A stretch of DNA of 64,000 bases from Octopus vulgaris (GCA_951406725.2 OX597822.1:95480001-95544000); one strand, 5' to 3'. Counted from the stretch's first letter, positions 12,391-26,256 are shown. Numbers and translations: made by a program. Notes: a model not told the origin generated them from the letters alone.

Positions 12391-12694
12391 AAATACAAAG
12401 ACCTGGAAATAGAGGTAACTAGAATGTGGAATCTGAAAACAGAAACAATTCCTATCATAGTAGGTGCATTAGGCATGATAAAAAAATATTCAGACAAATA
12501 CATAACAAAAACACCAGGACTTACAAACACATATAACATACAGAAAATTGCACTACTAGGCACTGCACACATCCTACGCAGAACACTTTCCATACAATAA
12601 CCATCAGAGCATCACAACAAATCACAGCACATACCCAAGGCACACAGAGCTGCGTTCGGTAGTGAAGTGAAAGCACGCTATAAAAATAAAACTA

Positions 12695-12698
<4 letters not shown>
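12391..12698 (+). mobile_element. R4/Dong-clade LINE 3' end in a (TAA)n array
   Basis: KYKDLEIEVTRMWNLKTETIPIIVGALGMIK...IQKIALLGTAHILRRTLSIQ* is a restriction-like endonuclease C-terminus, followed by a 3' UTR and (TAA)n. Confidence 0.9.
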
Positions 12699-12748
<50 letters not shown>

Positions 12749-12751
12749 TTA

Positions 12752-12814
<63 letters not shown>

Positions 12815-12817
12815 TTT

Positions 12818-13348
12818 ATTGAGTGAGAGAGCAGTGCATGTCATCAAAGTGACACTGGGGTAAAATATACGAAGGCCAGTATACCCATCATGACTACCTG
12901 ATAAGGGTACACTAGGCACATGCATCACAACCATATATGTGTGTCATGATCTTATATTAAGATAAACAGCACATGACCTTGCAGGTGGCGCCCAATTAGA
13001 ATTTTCTTCTTGTCGAATAATCCATTCCGCTCAAAAAGTCCCTGAATAAGGGTTGTTTAAGGATGTTGAACGAAACACCCATGTTTCCAGAGGTGAATTA
13101 TTCAAACCCCTAAGAATCCCTCTTAACACATGGCTATGATGCTCCCCCACTACTCCTGCTCGTGATCAGAGATGCACATATCGTCAGTCACTAAGGGACA
13201 TGCACAACTGGTTAAGGTCAAACAACTGACAAGCAATTCTGTGGTATTGAGCAGAATATTTGCTGTAGCCCAACGTACATGATAACACTTCCAATCAGTT
13301 AAGGTCAGAAGCCATGAGAGCCACTACCTGGTACTGCATCAGGGCATA
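12818..13348 (-). mobile_element. ~530-bp non-coding (TAA)n-embedded element (family F)
   Basis: Highly similar copies at 28428-28917 and 47805-48352, all flanked by (TAA)n. Confidence 0.85.
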
Positions 13349-13394
13349 TATTATTATTACTACTACTACTACTACTACTAATAATAATAATAAT

Positions 13395-14715
13395 ATAATC
13401 GCCTAAAATCAGACGTCCACTGGTTCTATCTTTCACTCTTTCACGAAAGGAAGACGGCAGAGGCCTAATCCAACTTGAAGTTTCCATAAAACGAGCACGA
13501 TAGGGCTCCAAGTGTTCATCCAAAGTAACACCGGCTGGATGATACAGCAGATAAAGCAACAAGAAGCGATTAAGAAACTGCACTCAATCTCAAAGGAAGC
13601 ATATAAATACAGACGAGGGTTTTTCCTGCCTGATTATGATGATGATAAAGACGACACATCACCCACTAAGGCAGCAAAAACGTGTAAAAGAAAAGCTAAA
13701 CAGGAAAGCTTGGAGGTAATGTCGAGACTGTGGAAAGAAAAACCATTGCATGAGCAATACCTCAAATGAGCTGGGGAAGATGATGTAGATATCAAAAGAT
13801 CATGTAGATATCAAAAGATTAAGGCGGCGAGATGGCAGAAACGTTAGCACGCCGGGCGAAATGTTTAGCGGTATTGCGTCTGTCGTTGCGTTCTGGGTTC
13901 AAATTCCGCCGAGGTCGACTTTGCCTTTCATCCTTTCAGGGTCGATAAATTAAGTACCAGTTACGCACTGGGGTCGATGTAATCGACTTAATCCCTTTGT
14001 CTGTCCTTGTTTGTCTCCTCTATGTTTAGCCCCTTGTGGGCAATAAAGAAACAAATATCAAAAGAACCCATCTGTGGTTGCAGAATGCTGGTTTGAAAGC
14101 CGAAATAGAATGATATATCCTAGCGGCACAAGATCAGAGTCTCCTCACACGTAATTATCAAGCTAATGCCACACACAATAAGGTAGACACAATGTGCAGA
14201 CTCTGCAATGAGGAACTCGAGAGTATTGACCACATTGTTGCCGGTTGCTCAATCTTAGCTCCTGCAGAATATAAAATCAGGCATGATCGAGTTGGCCAGT
14301 ACTTGCACTGTAACGCATGCTGTCACTATGATATCCCACACCCTACAACTGGTATGAACACCATCCAGAGCCAGTCACTGAAGGAGCAAATGTCACGATT
14401 CTATGGGATTATGGGATACATACAGATAGGCAAAGAAATGCCAACATATCAGACATCGTCATCAAGTACATAAGACAAAATACATGCCAGTTAATTGATA
14501 TGACAGTGCTGATAGAAATATTTTAGGAAATGAAATTTGAAAAACTGTCGAAATATAAGGATTTTGAGATTGAGATATCTAGGACGTGGCAATTAAAAAC
14601 CAAAATCATCCCTGTTACAGGTGCACAGGGAATGATCAAGAAAGGTAGTGACAAATGTTTTGACCAAGTCCCCTGGAAACCAACGATCTATGAGACTCAA
14701 AAAATTGTGTTGACA
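13395..14715 (+). mobile_element. R4/Dong-clade LINE remnant (RT C-terminus, CCHC finger, RLE)
   Basis: CRLCNEELESIDHIVAGCSILAPAEYKIRHDRVGQYLH, WKEKPLH, AAQDQSL and KLSKYKDFEIEISRTW, with stops and frameshifts. Confidence 0.9.
13821..14054 (+). mobile_element. SINE family C nested in a Dong LINE
   Basis: aaggcggcgag.tggcagaa head and gcctttcatccttt.ggggtcgataa core. TSD atatcaaaaga. Confidence 0.92.
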
Positions 14716-15290
14716 TCTTCTGATTCTAATCCCATGGGTAACTATGTATAGGGAACCTATTTCTTTATTACCCACAAGAGGCTAAACACAGAGGGGACAA
14801 GCAAGGACAGACATAGATATTAAGTCGATTACATCGACCCCAGTGCGTAACTGGTACTTAATTTATCGACCCCGAAAGGATGAAAGGTAAAGTCGACCTC
14901 GGCGGAATTTGAACTCAGAACGTAACGGCAGACGAAATACCGCTAAGCATTTCGCCCGACGTGCTAACGTTTCTGCCAGCTCTCCGCCTACTATGTATAG
15001 GGAACCGTTGAGAAAGACACCAACTGTTCTGTTGCAACACCAAAGCCAAGCAAGGAGCCAAGTTCACGATGATGTTCGAAGATCTTCTCAGGGACGCAGT
15101 GAGGAGCGTATGCGCCAAATTCCGGAGCCGTCTTCAGGACGTTGTGGAAGTCGAGGACGGTTATCTCCCAGTCATGATATAGTTGATATTTTTAGATACT
15201 TTAAAATACCTTTATTTTTAGATGGGGCATTGTGCTATCTGTTCCTTTTATGCAAATTCTCAAAATTAGCCCGAACACCTTTTACATATG
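14715..15290 (+). mobile_element. Tc1/mariner transposase C-terminal fragment, interrupted by a SINE
   Basis: SDSNPMGNYV*GTVEKDTN (compare SPDLNPxDYxVW) and VCAKFRSRLQDVVEVEDGY. Confidence 0.7.
14758..14989 (-). mobile_element. SINE family C
   Basis: Perfect 17-bp TSD actatgtatagggaacc at 14741-14757 and 14990-15006. Confidence 0.95.
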
Positions 15291-15489
15291 TGCATACATA
15301 CTTACATGTATGTATGTATGCATGTATACATATGTATACATACATACATGTATGTATGTATTTACTATGTATATATGTATACATGTATGAAATGTATGTA
15401 TGTACGTACATGTGTGTGTATGTATGTACTACGTATGTGTATACTATGTATGTATATATGTATGTATATCTGTGGGTATGTATGTACGT

Positions 15490-15650
15490 GTGAAGGAGTG
15501 TGGTCAGGTGTTTAGGCTGTTATGTTTACGATTATAAGGTTATAAGTTCGCAGGTTCAATTCTCGGACAGTGCTGTGTGTTGTATCATTGAGCAAGGTGC
15601 TTCATTTCACGTTCCTTTGGGTTACTAAGCTGCAAATGAACCTGGTGCTG
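15490..15650 (+). mobile_element. Old tRNA-SINE head (D-like)
   Basis: ggttcaattctc B-box-like motif and cattgagcaaggtgcttcatttcacgtt. Confidence 0.6.
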
Positions 15651-15825
15651 GCAAAGCCCCCTCCCCTTCCAGGTGTTAAAACCTTAATGTTTCGCTGGGT
15701 CAAAGGTGAAATGTGAAGGGGTCAAGAGAGTATACTGCGTTTGCTAGTTACTACGTAGGTACCTTAAACTCATAAAAGTGACGTAAAAAATCCCAGGTCA
15801 TACTCTCTTGCTAGAGTGACGGTTA

Positions 15826-15894
<69 letters not shown>

Positions 15895-16075
15895 ACACGC
15901 ACACACACATACACACACAGTATTTGTTTTCCCGAATAATTGCACTTCCTATTTAAAGTTCCGATGGAACTGTAAGGCGCGTTAATCAGGTACTCAACAA
16001 TGAATGCGCCACATTTTATAGTGGAAAGAGCTATAAGTTAATGAAGGTCATAAGATAATTTATTCCTTTGTCATC

Positions 16076-16142
<67 letters not shown>

Positions 16143-16204
16143 TTTTTTTTATTTTGATTTTTCCAGTTTCAGCTCATGAGCTGTGGCCATGCTGGGGCAC
16201 CGCC

Positions 16205-16260
<56 letters not shown>

Positions 16261-17455
16261 ATTTATATACGTATGTATATAATGTATCTATGTGTAAGTG
16301 AGTGTGTGTATATGTGTAGATACTCTGTCAAAAATATTTGCACTATTTAAGTGTGACTCAGTTATCTCCCCTTCCTTCAATAATGACTTAACATTTCGTA
16401 TTCCCCCGGGAATATCTACTGATAAATATTACCATTGATATAAATGATTAGAAACCTCCTTTGAAGATGGTGCTCCATCATGGCTGTAATACTGTGATTG
16501 AAATCAGTAGAAAGAAAAAAAGCATAAAGAAAAATATTAACGAGTTCTTAGTTACGAGCATGTTATGAATATTGGTTTGTTCTCTCTTGAGAAAGTCCAT
16601 ATTTTTCCACCTGCCAAATGAAATCGTGATTTTATTTGCTTTCTTGTATCAGCGTAATTTTAATTATTATTTTTTTTATTCTGTGTTGTTTCCATATTCA
16701 TTTCATTTTGTGTATGCAGTGAACCTGTGATGGAAAACATCAGACTTCCTTTTAAACTGGCGACCATTTTGAATAGCCGTTGATTATGACTTTCTCTTGT
16801 CATCCGGGTATTTCGCAAAGTGCAGAGTCAAATTCAAAGTAAAGTGACTTTCACAATTGAACAGAATTCGCTCACACGAGGGTGAAGTCGGCGGTGTTGG
16901 TGGTGTCAGTGGTGTTTGGTCGTGGAAACGGTAGTGTTGGTGGAATATTTTGATTTTGATAGCGATGGTGCATGTGATGGATATTGATGATGGTATTGAC
17001 GATGATAATGATGATGATGATGATATCCTTAGTAATGAATGTGGTGGTGGTGGTGATGGTGGTTGAACTGTGGTGGTAATGAGACATTGACAGTATTCTT
17101 TTTGTTGTCAGGGGGTGGTTATATGTCTGGTTGCTTTTTATGGATTTTGATAACGGTGGTACCGATTACAACGGTGGTAACTAATGATGCTCGTGGCAGC
17201 GGTGGTAATGAAGATAGTGATGATGACAGATGTGGTAGTGGTGATGGTGACTGTATTTCGATTTACCGAATAGAGCTATTGGTAAAGGATGCTGATGGTG
17301 TTTGTGTTGGTGATGATGTCATTGGTATTAACAATTGCAGTGGCAGTGGTTGCGTTGGCGGTAAACGGTGATAAATCCGTTATGATCTTGTCTGTGTTCT
17401 TGATTGTGGAGTTCGGTGTAACAGTGACGAATTTTATTATTATTATTATTATTCA

Positions 17456-17617
17456 GGCGCAGGAGTGGCTGTGTGGTAAGTAGCTCGTTTACCAACCACA
17501 TGGTTCCGGGTTCAGACCCACTGCGTGGCACCTTGGGCAAGTGTCTTCTACTATAGCCTCGGGCCGACCAAAGCCTTGTGAGTGGATTTGGTAGACGGAA
17601 ACTGAAAGAAGCCTGTC

Positions 17618-17657
<40 letters not shown>

Positions 17658-17875
17658 GTGTATGTTTGTGTATCTGTGTTTGTCCCCCTAGCATTGCTTG
17701 ACAACCCATGCTGGTTTGTTTACGTCCCCGTCACTTAGCGGTTCGGCAAAAGAGACCGATAGAATAAGTACTGGGCTTACAAAAGAATAAGTCCCGGGGT
17801 CGAGTTGCTCGATTAAAAGGCGGTGCTCCAGCATGGTCGCAGTCAAATGACTGAAACAAGTAAAAGAGTAAGAGT
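17456..17875 (+). mobile_element. SINE family B
   Basis: Full head, internal (TA)n and gtaaaagag tail. Confidence 0.93.
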
Positions 17876-18196
17876 AGTTTTATTTTTATAGCGTGCTTTC
17901 ACAGCACTACCGAGCGCAGCTCTGTGTGCCTTGGGTATGTGTTCTGATTTGTTGTGGTGCTCTGATGCTTACTGTATTGAAAGTGTTTTGCGTAGAATGT
18001 GTTCAGTGCCTAGTAGTGCAATTTGTTTGTATGTCCTGGTGTTTTTGTTATGTATTTGTCTGAATATTATTTTATCATACCTAATGCGCCTACTATGATA
18101 GGGATTGTTTCCGTTTTTAGATTCCACATTCGAGTTACCTCTATTTCCACGTCTTTGTATTTTGAAAGTTTCTCCATTTCTTTTAGAGACACGTTG

Positions 18197-18268
<72 letters not shown>

Positions 18269-19455
18269 GTTTGACTTTTGCTTTATATTTGTACAAGTTG
18301 GCTCCAAGTCTCACCCAGAGACCTCAAGTGACAACAGGTTGGAAGTTCACGTTGTTGTTATGCCTAGTGTGCCATATATTTGGTTGTTTTTTGTGTTGTA
18401 CTAGTGGATGTCTAAAAAAAATGTTTGTTTTAAACCTGGAGATTACATAGAAAGTTGTTTTGCGTAGGATATGAGCAGTTCCCATGAGCACTATCTTTTG
18501 AATTTCTGCCATTTAGGGGTTTCCTGGTATCTGAGTTAGGTAGCAATCAGCCCCTTTTGCTATCATTCCCAGGACACATATGACAACAGGTATTGTTTTA
18601 GTCTTCAGGTTCCACATTTTGCTGATTTTTATTTCAAGATCTTTATATTTGCTCAGTTTTTGGTAGGTCTTGACAGATACGTTTATATCGATTGGGACAG
18701 TCATATCAATGAGGAGGCATGTTCTTTGTCTGAAGTCTTTCAATATGATGTCTGGCCTATTTGCATCTATCTTTCTGTCAGTTTGAATGGTGAAGTTCCA
18801 GAGGAGTGAGATGTGGTCATTTTCAAGCACTGGGGGTGGTTTGTGTTCCCACCAGATTTTTTCATGGGACAAATCCAGGTTTTTGCAGATTACCCAGTGA
18901 ATATATTATTATTATTATTATTATTATGTTTTTTCCTTCTTTCTTCAAATTTTCTTCCGTTTCTCGCCGAGTGTTTTCCATACACCTAGGGCAGAGAAGG
19001 GCATTGTATGCATTCCCAGATTATACGCGCAAATTCACAGATAAAATATGTATTTAAAAATTAATAAATAAATAAATTCATGGATGGATGTTATTTTCAC
19101 AGCGATAGTACTCTTCTCAGTATATGAGCCGTTCCAGTTAAAACGATTTTTTGCACTTCCTGTAGGGATGGTAAGCCTGGAATCATTTTCAAATAGGTTT
19201 CAGAGCCTTTTTTTTATCATTCCTAGAGATCCTACAATCACTGGTAATGTAGTCGCCTTGAGATGCCACATTTTTTAAATTTCCATTAGCAGGTCTTTAT
19301 ATTTACTAATCTTGTCAAATTCTTTCGCCGCTATATCGTGATCACAGGGAATACTCATGTCAATTAATAAACATATCCTTTTTGTCTGTTCTTTTATAAT
19401 AATATCTGGTTTATTGGCTTTTATAGTCCTGTACTGCCTGGTACTGCATCAGGGC

Positions 19456-19522
<67 letters not shown>

Positions 19523-19641
19523 CTCACAACAGATTAGATTGTTAGAAAACAAAAATTCGTAACATCGGGCTACAAGTAACCTTAGATGCCAAGAACCCTC
19601 CTGAGTATCCTATTCTTCTTCTTCTTCTTCTTCTTCTTCTT

Positions 19642-19736
<95 letters not shown>

Positions 19737-19866
19737 CATTATTATTATTATTATACTCACAACAGATTAGATTGCTAGAAAACAAAAATTCGTAACATCG
19801 AGCTACAAGTAACCTTAGATGCCAAGAACCCTCCTGAGTATCCTATTATTATTATTATTATTATTG

Positions 19867-19925
<59 letters not shown>

Positions 19926-19968
19926 CAATGATAAATCTCAGAGCGAGTTATAAACAGTAGGGTCACGA

Positions 19969-19970
<2 letters not shown>
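17876..19970 (-). mobile_element. Stack of co-oriented R4/Dong LINE 3' fragments separated by (TTA)n
   Basis: Fragments at 17876-18190, 18268-18897 (LLWNFTIQTDRKIDANRPDIILKD...KLSKYKDLEI) and ~19110-19430. Two ~90-bp stubs (RILRRVLGI*) at 19521-19612 and 19753-19845. Confidence 0.88.
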
Positions 19971-20019
<49 letters not shown>

Positions 20020-20448
20020 ATAGTTCAACATTTGATAGTTTGAGGTAAATTTCTACTGCATCGCCTGCTACACTCCGTGTTACTGGGTGTGTGCAGCATT
20101 CTGTATTTTTTTACTGCTGTTGGGAGTGTGCAAAATCTTCCCTGTAAAGTATTCTGTTAGTTTTTTTTCCCTCTTGAGGTGTAGTACAATCTTTCGTTGT
20201 ATTACTGCTTGTATTGCGTGTTGGGTGTGTAATGTGTTGGTTACCTGGATTGCTGGTGAAAGTTTATTTTACTGAACAGTTGCTGTATAGAATGTCTTGT
20301 GTTTGTGGGTTGTTTTGCTTAGGTTGCATTATTGAATTGGTAATGTCTTGCATAGGATGTGGGCTGCTCCTAGCAGGGATAGTTTTTGGATGGTGTGTAG
20401 CGTTGATGATCCAGGTATAGTTTCTACGCTTTTGTTGATATGTTTATT

Positions 20449-20525
20449 TTTATATCATGCCCAATGCTCCAATTACTTCAATTTCGAGGTCTTTGTACTT
20501 TAATAATTTCTCCACTTCTTTTTGA
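20449..20525 (-). mobile_element. Short Dong LINE remnant
   Basis: KLLKYKDLEIEVIGALGMI. Confidence 0.7.
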
Positions 20526-21211
20526 ACGTCGTGGTAGTAAAGCTTGTGGTGATTTGGTTGCTTTGAGGTAGCTTTTCGGTATAGTCTTAGTTCTATGAGT
20601 TGAAGCAACTCATCATCCTCATTATTATTGATATAGCCATCTACACTACCCACATCATGATCACCAATACTATGACTACTACGACGAGGACAACCACCAC
20701 CACCAACATCAACACCACTAACATCTACATTCCTATTACTACCACCGTCACCAGCACCACCACTATAACCATCATCATCAACACTACCCACACCACAACC
20801 TATAGTAATACTCCCACAGTCACCACCACCACCACTACCATCTAAACCACCACCACTATTGCCTACGCCTCAAATATCTTTTGTGAAGTCCATTAGACTA
20901 AATACCCTATTGCAAGCATTTGATTCTGGCCTTCGGATTGGGAATTATTTCTACTCTTTTATCCGTGAGACCGAGAAGACACTAAAAGGGTCATAGAGGT
21001 TGCTCTTCTTCCTCTGCATAAGCCATTACTTCTATTATCACCGCCATTAGCAATAATAATAATAACAACACCAAAACTATTATCACTATGGTCTCATACA
21101 TTACGGCCGACAATAACACCAACACGATCACCGCCTACCACCACCACCACCACCACCACCACCACCACCACCAATATCTCGATGATGATAGTGTTGGAGA
21201 TTATTATCAAC

Positions 21212-22589
21212 AATATTAATACGCTAGCTTTTTGTACTTGTGCGTACCTGTCGTGAGCGTAACAATTACTTCAAAGAAGAGGCAAAGGGACAGACAGAAC
21301 AGAGGAAGTAAGAGAGAAAAGGAGTGTGAGTGACAGAGTGAGAGAGAGAAAGAGAGAGACAGTGAGTGGTAACGGCGTTCGTTTTGAAAAACAAAAAGTG
21401 AGAGAGAAAGAGAGTGAGAGAAAGACAAGAAGTGAGAGAGAAAGAGAGAGAGTGAAAGAGACAGTAAGTAATAATGGCGTTCATTTTGTGTTTTTGAATG
21501 TTTATCACATCGCAAGTAGATACATAGATACATATACACATTGTTAAATCAAAAGCAAGGGAGAAGAGGGACAAAAAGGAAGTGAAAGAGAAAGAGAGAA
21601 AGAGAGAGAGAGACAGTAGATACATAAATCCGAAGAAAAGTTCATACATACATACACACAGCAAATATTGGATGTCATTTTCATTTTTCATTACCACACG
21701 AGGATAAAATTAACTCACAAATGGCAGAGCACTCCACAGACATGCATAACATTAATGTAATTCTCAGGGAGATTCATCCTCACACAGAATATGGCAACGC
21801 TGGCAGCTTTGAATTACAGCTACAACTCGAGACATATATGAATGTATTTGTGTGTGTCTGTATAGTTTAGGTTACTTAAAACATGTTTGCAATAATAAAT
21901 GTCGCTTGGTGGAAATAAACGCATTTACCAAACGTTCATTCATAAATCCATTTATTATTTCGTTCTTTTGCATTTAAATTTGTACCTTAAGGTTCTTTGA
22001 ATATGTACGATGTACTTTAAAGTTAAATAGTAATTCCGTTTATGTTTGTATAACTGAGATATTTTGGTTGGATTATATAGTCATTGGTGTTACATTACTT
22101 TCTATATTGTGTAACTGTCACAATATACTTTTCTAGTAGGCCTGACATTTTTGTGTGGAGGGGGCGAGTTAATTAGATCGGCCCCAGTACACAACTGATA
22201 CTTAATTTAACGTCCCCGAAAGGACGAAAGGTAAAGTCGATCTCGGCAGAATTTGAACTCAGAACGTAAAAACAGACGGTCATAATATACGAACATTTCT
22301 CATGGCACTTGTACACTGTTTAGAGATGCTTACACTTTTTTGTTTTCCGTAAAACTTTCACGAGTTCAGCTAGTCAATAATATTAATATGCTAACTTTTT
22401 GCGTTTGTACGTACCTGTTGTGTGCGTCACACTTCTTTGAAGTGGCAACGTGAGAGAGAGAAGGACAGAGAGGAGGTAAGAGAAAATGTGAGAGAGTGAG
22501 AGAGTGAGAGAATAAGAGAGAAAGAGAGTGAATGAGACAGTGAGTGGTAACGGCGTTCGTTTGGTGTTTTCAAATGTGTCAGAGAGGTC

Positions 22590-22641
<52 letters not shown>

Positions 22642-23075
22642 CTGAGAGAGAAAGTGAAAGAGTGAGAGAGAAAGAGAGGGAGTGAAAGAGACAGGGAGTG
22701 GTGACGGCGTTCGTGTTGTGTTTTTAAATGTTTATTACATCGCAAGAGAAGTAGATATATGTAGATATATATATACACATTGTTAAATCAAAAGCAGGAG
22801 AGAAGAGGGATACAAAGGAAGTGAAAGAGAAAGAGGGAAAGTGAGAGAGACAGTAGATACATAAATCCAAAGAAAGTTTATACATAGATACATACACACA
22901 CCAAATATTGGATGGCAATTTCACTTTTCATTACCACACGAGGATAAAATTACCTCACAAAGAGCAGAGTGCTCCACAGACATGCATAACATTGACGTAG
23001 TTCTCAGGGAGATTCAGCCTCACACAATATGACAAGGCAGGCACCTTTGAATTACAGCTACAACTCGAGACACAC

Positions 23076-23153
<78 letters not shown>

Positions 23154-23305
23154 GAGTGTATTTGTGTGTGTGTATAGTATTGGTTAGTTAAAGCATGTTT
23201 GCAATAATAAGTGTCGCGTGGTGAAAATAAATGTAATTCCAAACTTTCAATCATAAATCCATTTATTATTTCGCTATTTAGTATTTAAATTTGTATATTT
23301 GTACC
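21212..23305. repeat. Diverged local duplication (21212-21987 vs 22378-23305)
   Basis: Colinear blocks include tacacattgttaaatcaaaagca, ttttcattaccacacgaggataaaatta, a SINE tail A fragment and cataaatccatttattatttcg. Confidence 0.85.
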
Positions 23306-23584
23306 CAGAAATTTTCATTAACTGCTCGCCAGAAGAAATGGTAAAACGAGGATTTTATATCCCCAAAATTCTCTTGCAATAAATGAAAAAGTTCTTAATA
23401 TTATACCACGATGCAATTCAGCCACCCGGGCCATCGAATGGATTTCGTTCCCTCCTGCTTTCGAGCACGCGCTCTAGCTCTGACACTGCAACCTTCATGC
23501 TTGGTGTTGAAGAATTGGTTCAGAACCAATCTCGCTGCTGGGAAGTCAGTTGCTATACCTCTTCTGAGAGCTACTTCTAATTTC

Positions 23585-24840
23585 CTAACTAGGTTTTCCT
23601 CTTACTCTAGTCTTCTCTATCGCTAGTTCACTGCTAAATTCTACAGCTTCTACTCTAATCGTCCGTTTTAGGGCTCCCTACCATCGATTGTTGATGACTG
23701 CACCCGTCAACATTCGATGGACTAACTTGCTAATCTGCTCTCTGGAAGCTAGAAGCGCCGTGAAGAACGCATTCAGCTTCCAGTATCCGGGTTCCAGACA
23801 ATGAAGCCTATCTAGGGCAACCATATAGATCACAAAGTTGTGCTCTGTGTGCATGTATTGGTAGAGCTCTTTCTTTCCCTCACTATATCAACTCTGATGT
23901 ATTCCAGGGTTACGCTTTTGTTCCTTGCTCTCTTTTTCCTATACACAATCTGCTTGCCGCCACATCCACCAGCATCCATGTTTAAAAAGACGATGCTACT
24001 CTTCATCTCTCTCCAGCGTTCTCCAGCCATGCATCACGCCCTCTCGGCTTCGATACCACACGTCAAACCTACAATGATTCCTTGAACAGAGACGCTGGAA
24101 ATATCAGCATCTTTCATTTGGGTTCATTAAAACCTTTTCTTCCAAAGGCAACAAAACGTGATCGCTACAAAGTTCCGTGTTCACTCTACAAAACGTGAAT
24201 AAGATATCATATTGCACTAGACACCTCTTAATCACGAGCAGCACCCAACTAGAATCCTCAAAACCACTTCAGTTGTTGAGTCGCTTACCGATGCAATCGC
24301 ATGACGAAAGCACGCCCTTAACGAAGCTAAAACTGCATCATTACGAAAGCACGCCCATAACGAAGCTAAAACTGCATCAGCACTTTTTTTCAGAGCCAGA
24401 AGTTGATTTAAACTTCCAGCTATTATTGACATGCATTGTTCAGAGGAGGTCAACAACAAAGAATTACTCTCACATCTAGAACTGAGCTGAGCACAAACAG
24501 TCTAGACTACACTCAAGAAAAAAGACACCTATCTGAAAGATATAGGATTACTTACTAGGTTTCCCTCTTACTCTAGTCTTCTCTATCGCTAGTTCACTGC
24601 TAAATTCTACAGCTTCTACTCTAATCGCCCGTTTTAGGGCCCCCTACTATCGATTGTTGATGACTGCACCCGTCAACATTCGATGGACTAACTTGCTAAT
24701 CTGCTCTCTGGAAGCTAGACGCGCCGTGAAGAACGCGTTCAGCTTCCAGTATCCGGGTTCCTGACAACCATATAGATCACAAAGTTGTGCTCTGTGTGCA
24801 TGTATTGGTAGAGCTCTTTCTTTCCCTCGCTATATCAAGC
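23585..24840 (+). mobile_element. Penelope-like element remnant with ~300-bp direct pseudo-LTRs
   Basis: Near-identical repeats at 23588-23890 and 24555-24838. The interior encodes SAFSSH...GFDT and HVKPTM/SLNRDAG (GIY-YIG end). No TG...CA, PBS or PPT. Confidence 0.7.
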
Positions 24841-24869
24841 TCTAATCTCCTATAATTGAGAAAATGGCA

Positions 24870-25276
24870 TGTCTAACAAAATGCTTTGCGGCATGACTTA
24901 AGTCTCTTTCCGTTCCGAGTTGAAATCCTGCCGAAGTCAGCTTTGTCTTCCACACCTTCAGGGTCGATAAAGTAAAATGACAGTCAAGTACTTGGGTCGA
25001 TAGTATCAACAAATCCCCTTCACTTACAAAATTGCTGATCTGGTCGGTCTGTGCTTAAATGGTGATTTCAAAGTTTGCCAGCATTTTCGGGGAGAGGTAA
25101 GTCTATTACATCGACCCAGTAATTTCATCTTTTATCGACCCCAAAGGGATAAAAGGTAAAGTTGACCATGGCGAAATTTGAACTTAGAAACGTAAAGACG
25201 GACGAAATGCTGCTAAGCAATTTGCCCAGCGCGCTAACGATTCTGCCAAGTCGAGAATTATTATTATTATTATTAC

Positions 25277-25334
<58 letters not shown>

Positions 25335-25513
25335 AATAATAAGGCGTGCCGGCAGAATCGGCAGCACGCCAGACAAAATGCTTAGCAGCATTTCTTTCGG
25401 CTGTATGTTCCGTGTCTTTCATCCGTTCGGGGTCTATAAAATAAGCACTAGTCGAGTACTGAGGTCGATGTAATCGACTACCACCCTCAGCCCACCAATT
25501 TTTAAAATTATCA

Positions 25514-25577
<64 letters not shown>

Positions 25578-25588
25578 CATCATCATCA

Positions 25589-25657
<69 letters not shown>

Positions 25658-26035
25658 GTATTATTGAGAAGGCGGTGAGCTGGCAGAACCGTTAGCACAC
25701 CGGGCGAAATGCTTAGCGGCATTTTATCCATCTTCACGTTCTGAGTTCAAATTCCGCCGAGGTAGACTTTGCTTTTCATCCTTTAAGGATCGCTAAATTA
25801 AGTACCAGTGAAACACGGGAGTCAATGTAATCGACTTTCCTCCTCCTCCAAAATTAAAAAATCATCATTATCATTATTAACGTGGCGAACTGGCAGAATC
25901 ATTAGCACGCTTTACGTTTTGAATTCAAATACTGCCGAGGTTGACTTTGGCTTTTCGTTCTTTCGGGGCCGAGTACAGGGGTCAATGTAATCGACTTATA
26001 CCCTTCTCCGAACTTGTTGCTCTTGTGCCAAAATT
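24870..26035. mobile_element. Cluster of about 5 diverged SINE C copies interleaved with (TTA)n
   Basis: Repeated tggcagaa..gttagcac and ctttcatcctt..ggggtcgat motifs at ~24870(+), 25085(-), 25341(+), 25669(+) and 25880(+). Confidence 0.8.
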
Positions 26036-26256
26036 ATTATTATTATCATTATTATTATTAGAAATATTGAATTTCTAAACGTCTCAACGAGACATGTGCA
26101 GTGGTGGAGCGATAGAGTGGTTGTATAAAGTCAACATAACGTGACAGTCCCGTAAAGGGAATTACACCACTGCTATATAGCCCTAGGAAGCATCGACGCT
26201 TCCTGTCGTCTTTGACACATTTCCTGTGTCCTTATATTTGCAAAGAGGACTAGCAA

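Noticed and set aside
13130-13200. CTGACGA on the minus strand of family F as a hammerhead
   Set aside because: No GAAA with compatible stems II and III downstream.
19521-19845. Repeat-spacer pattern resembling CRISPR
   Set aside because: Two LINE 3' stubs separated by microsatellites in eukaryotic DNA, with no cas genes.
23585-24840. LTR retrotransposon or TRIM interpretation of the direct repeats
   Set aside because: No TG...CA ends, PBS, PPT or TSD. The interior resembles a PLE endonuclease end.
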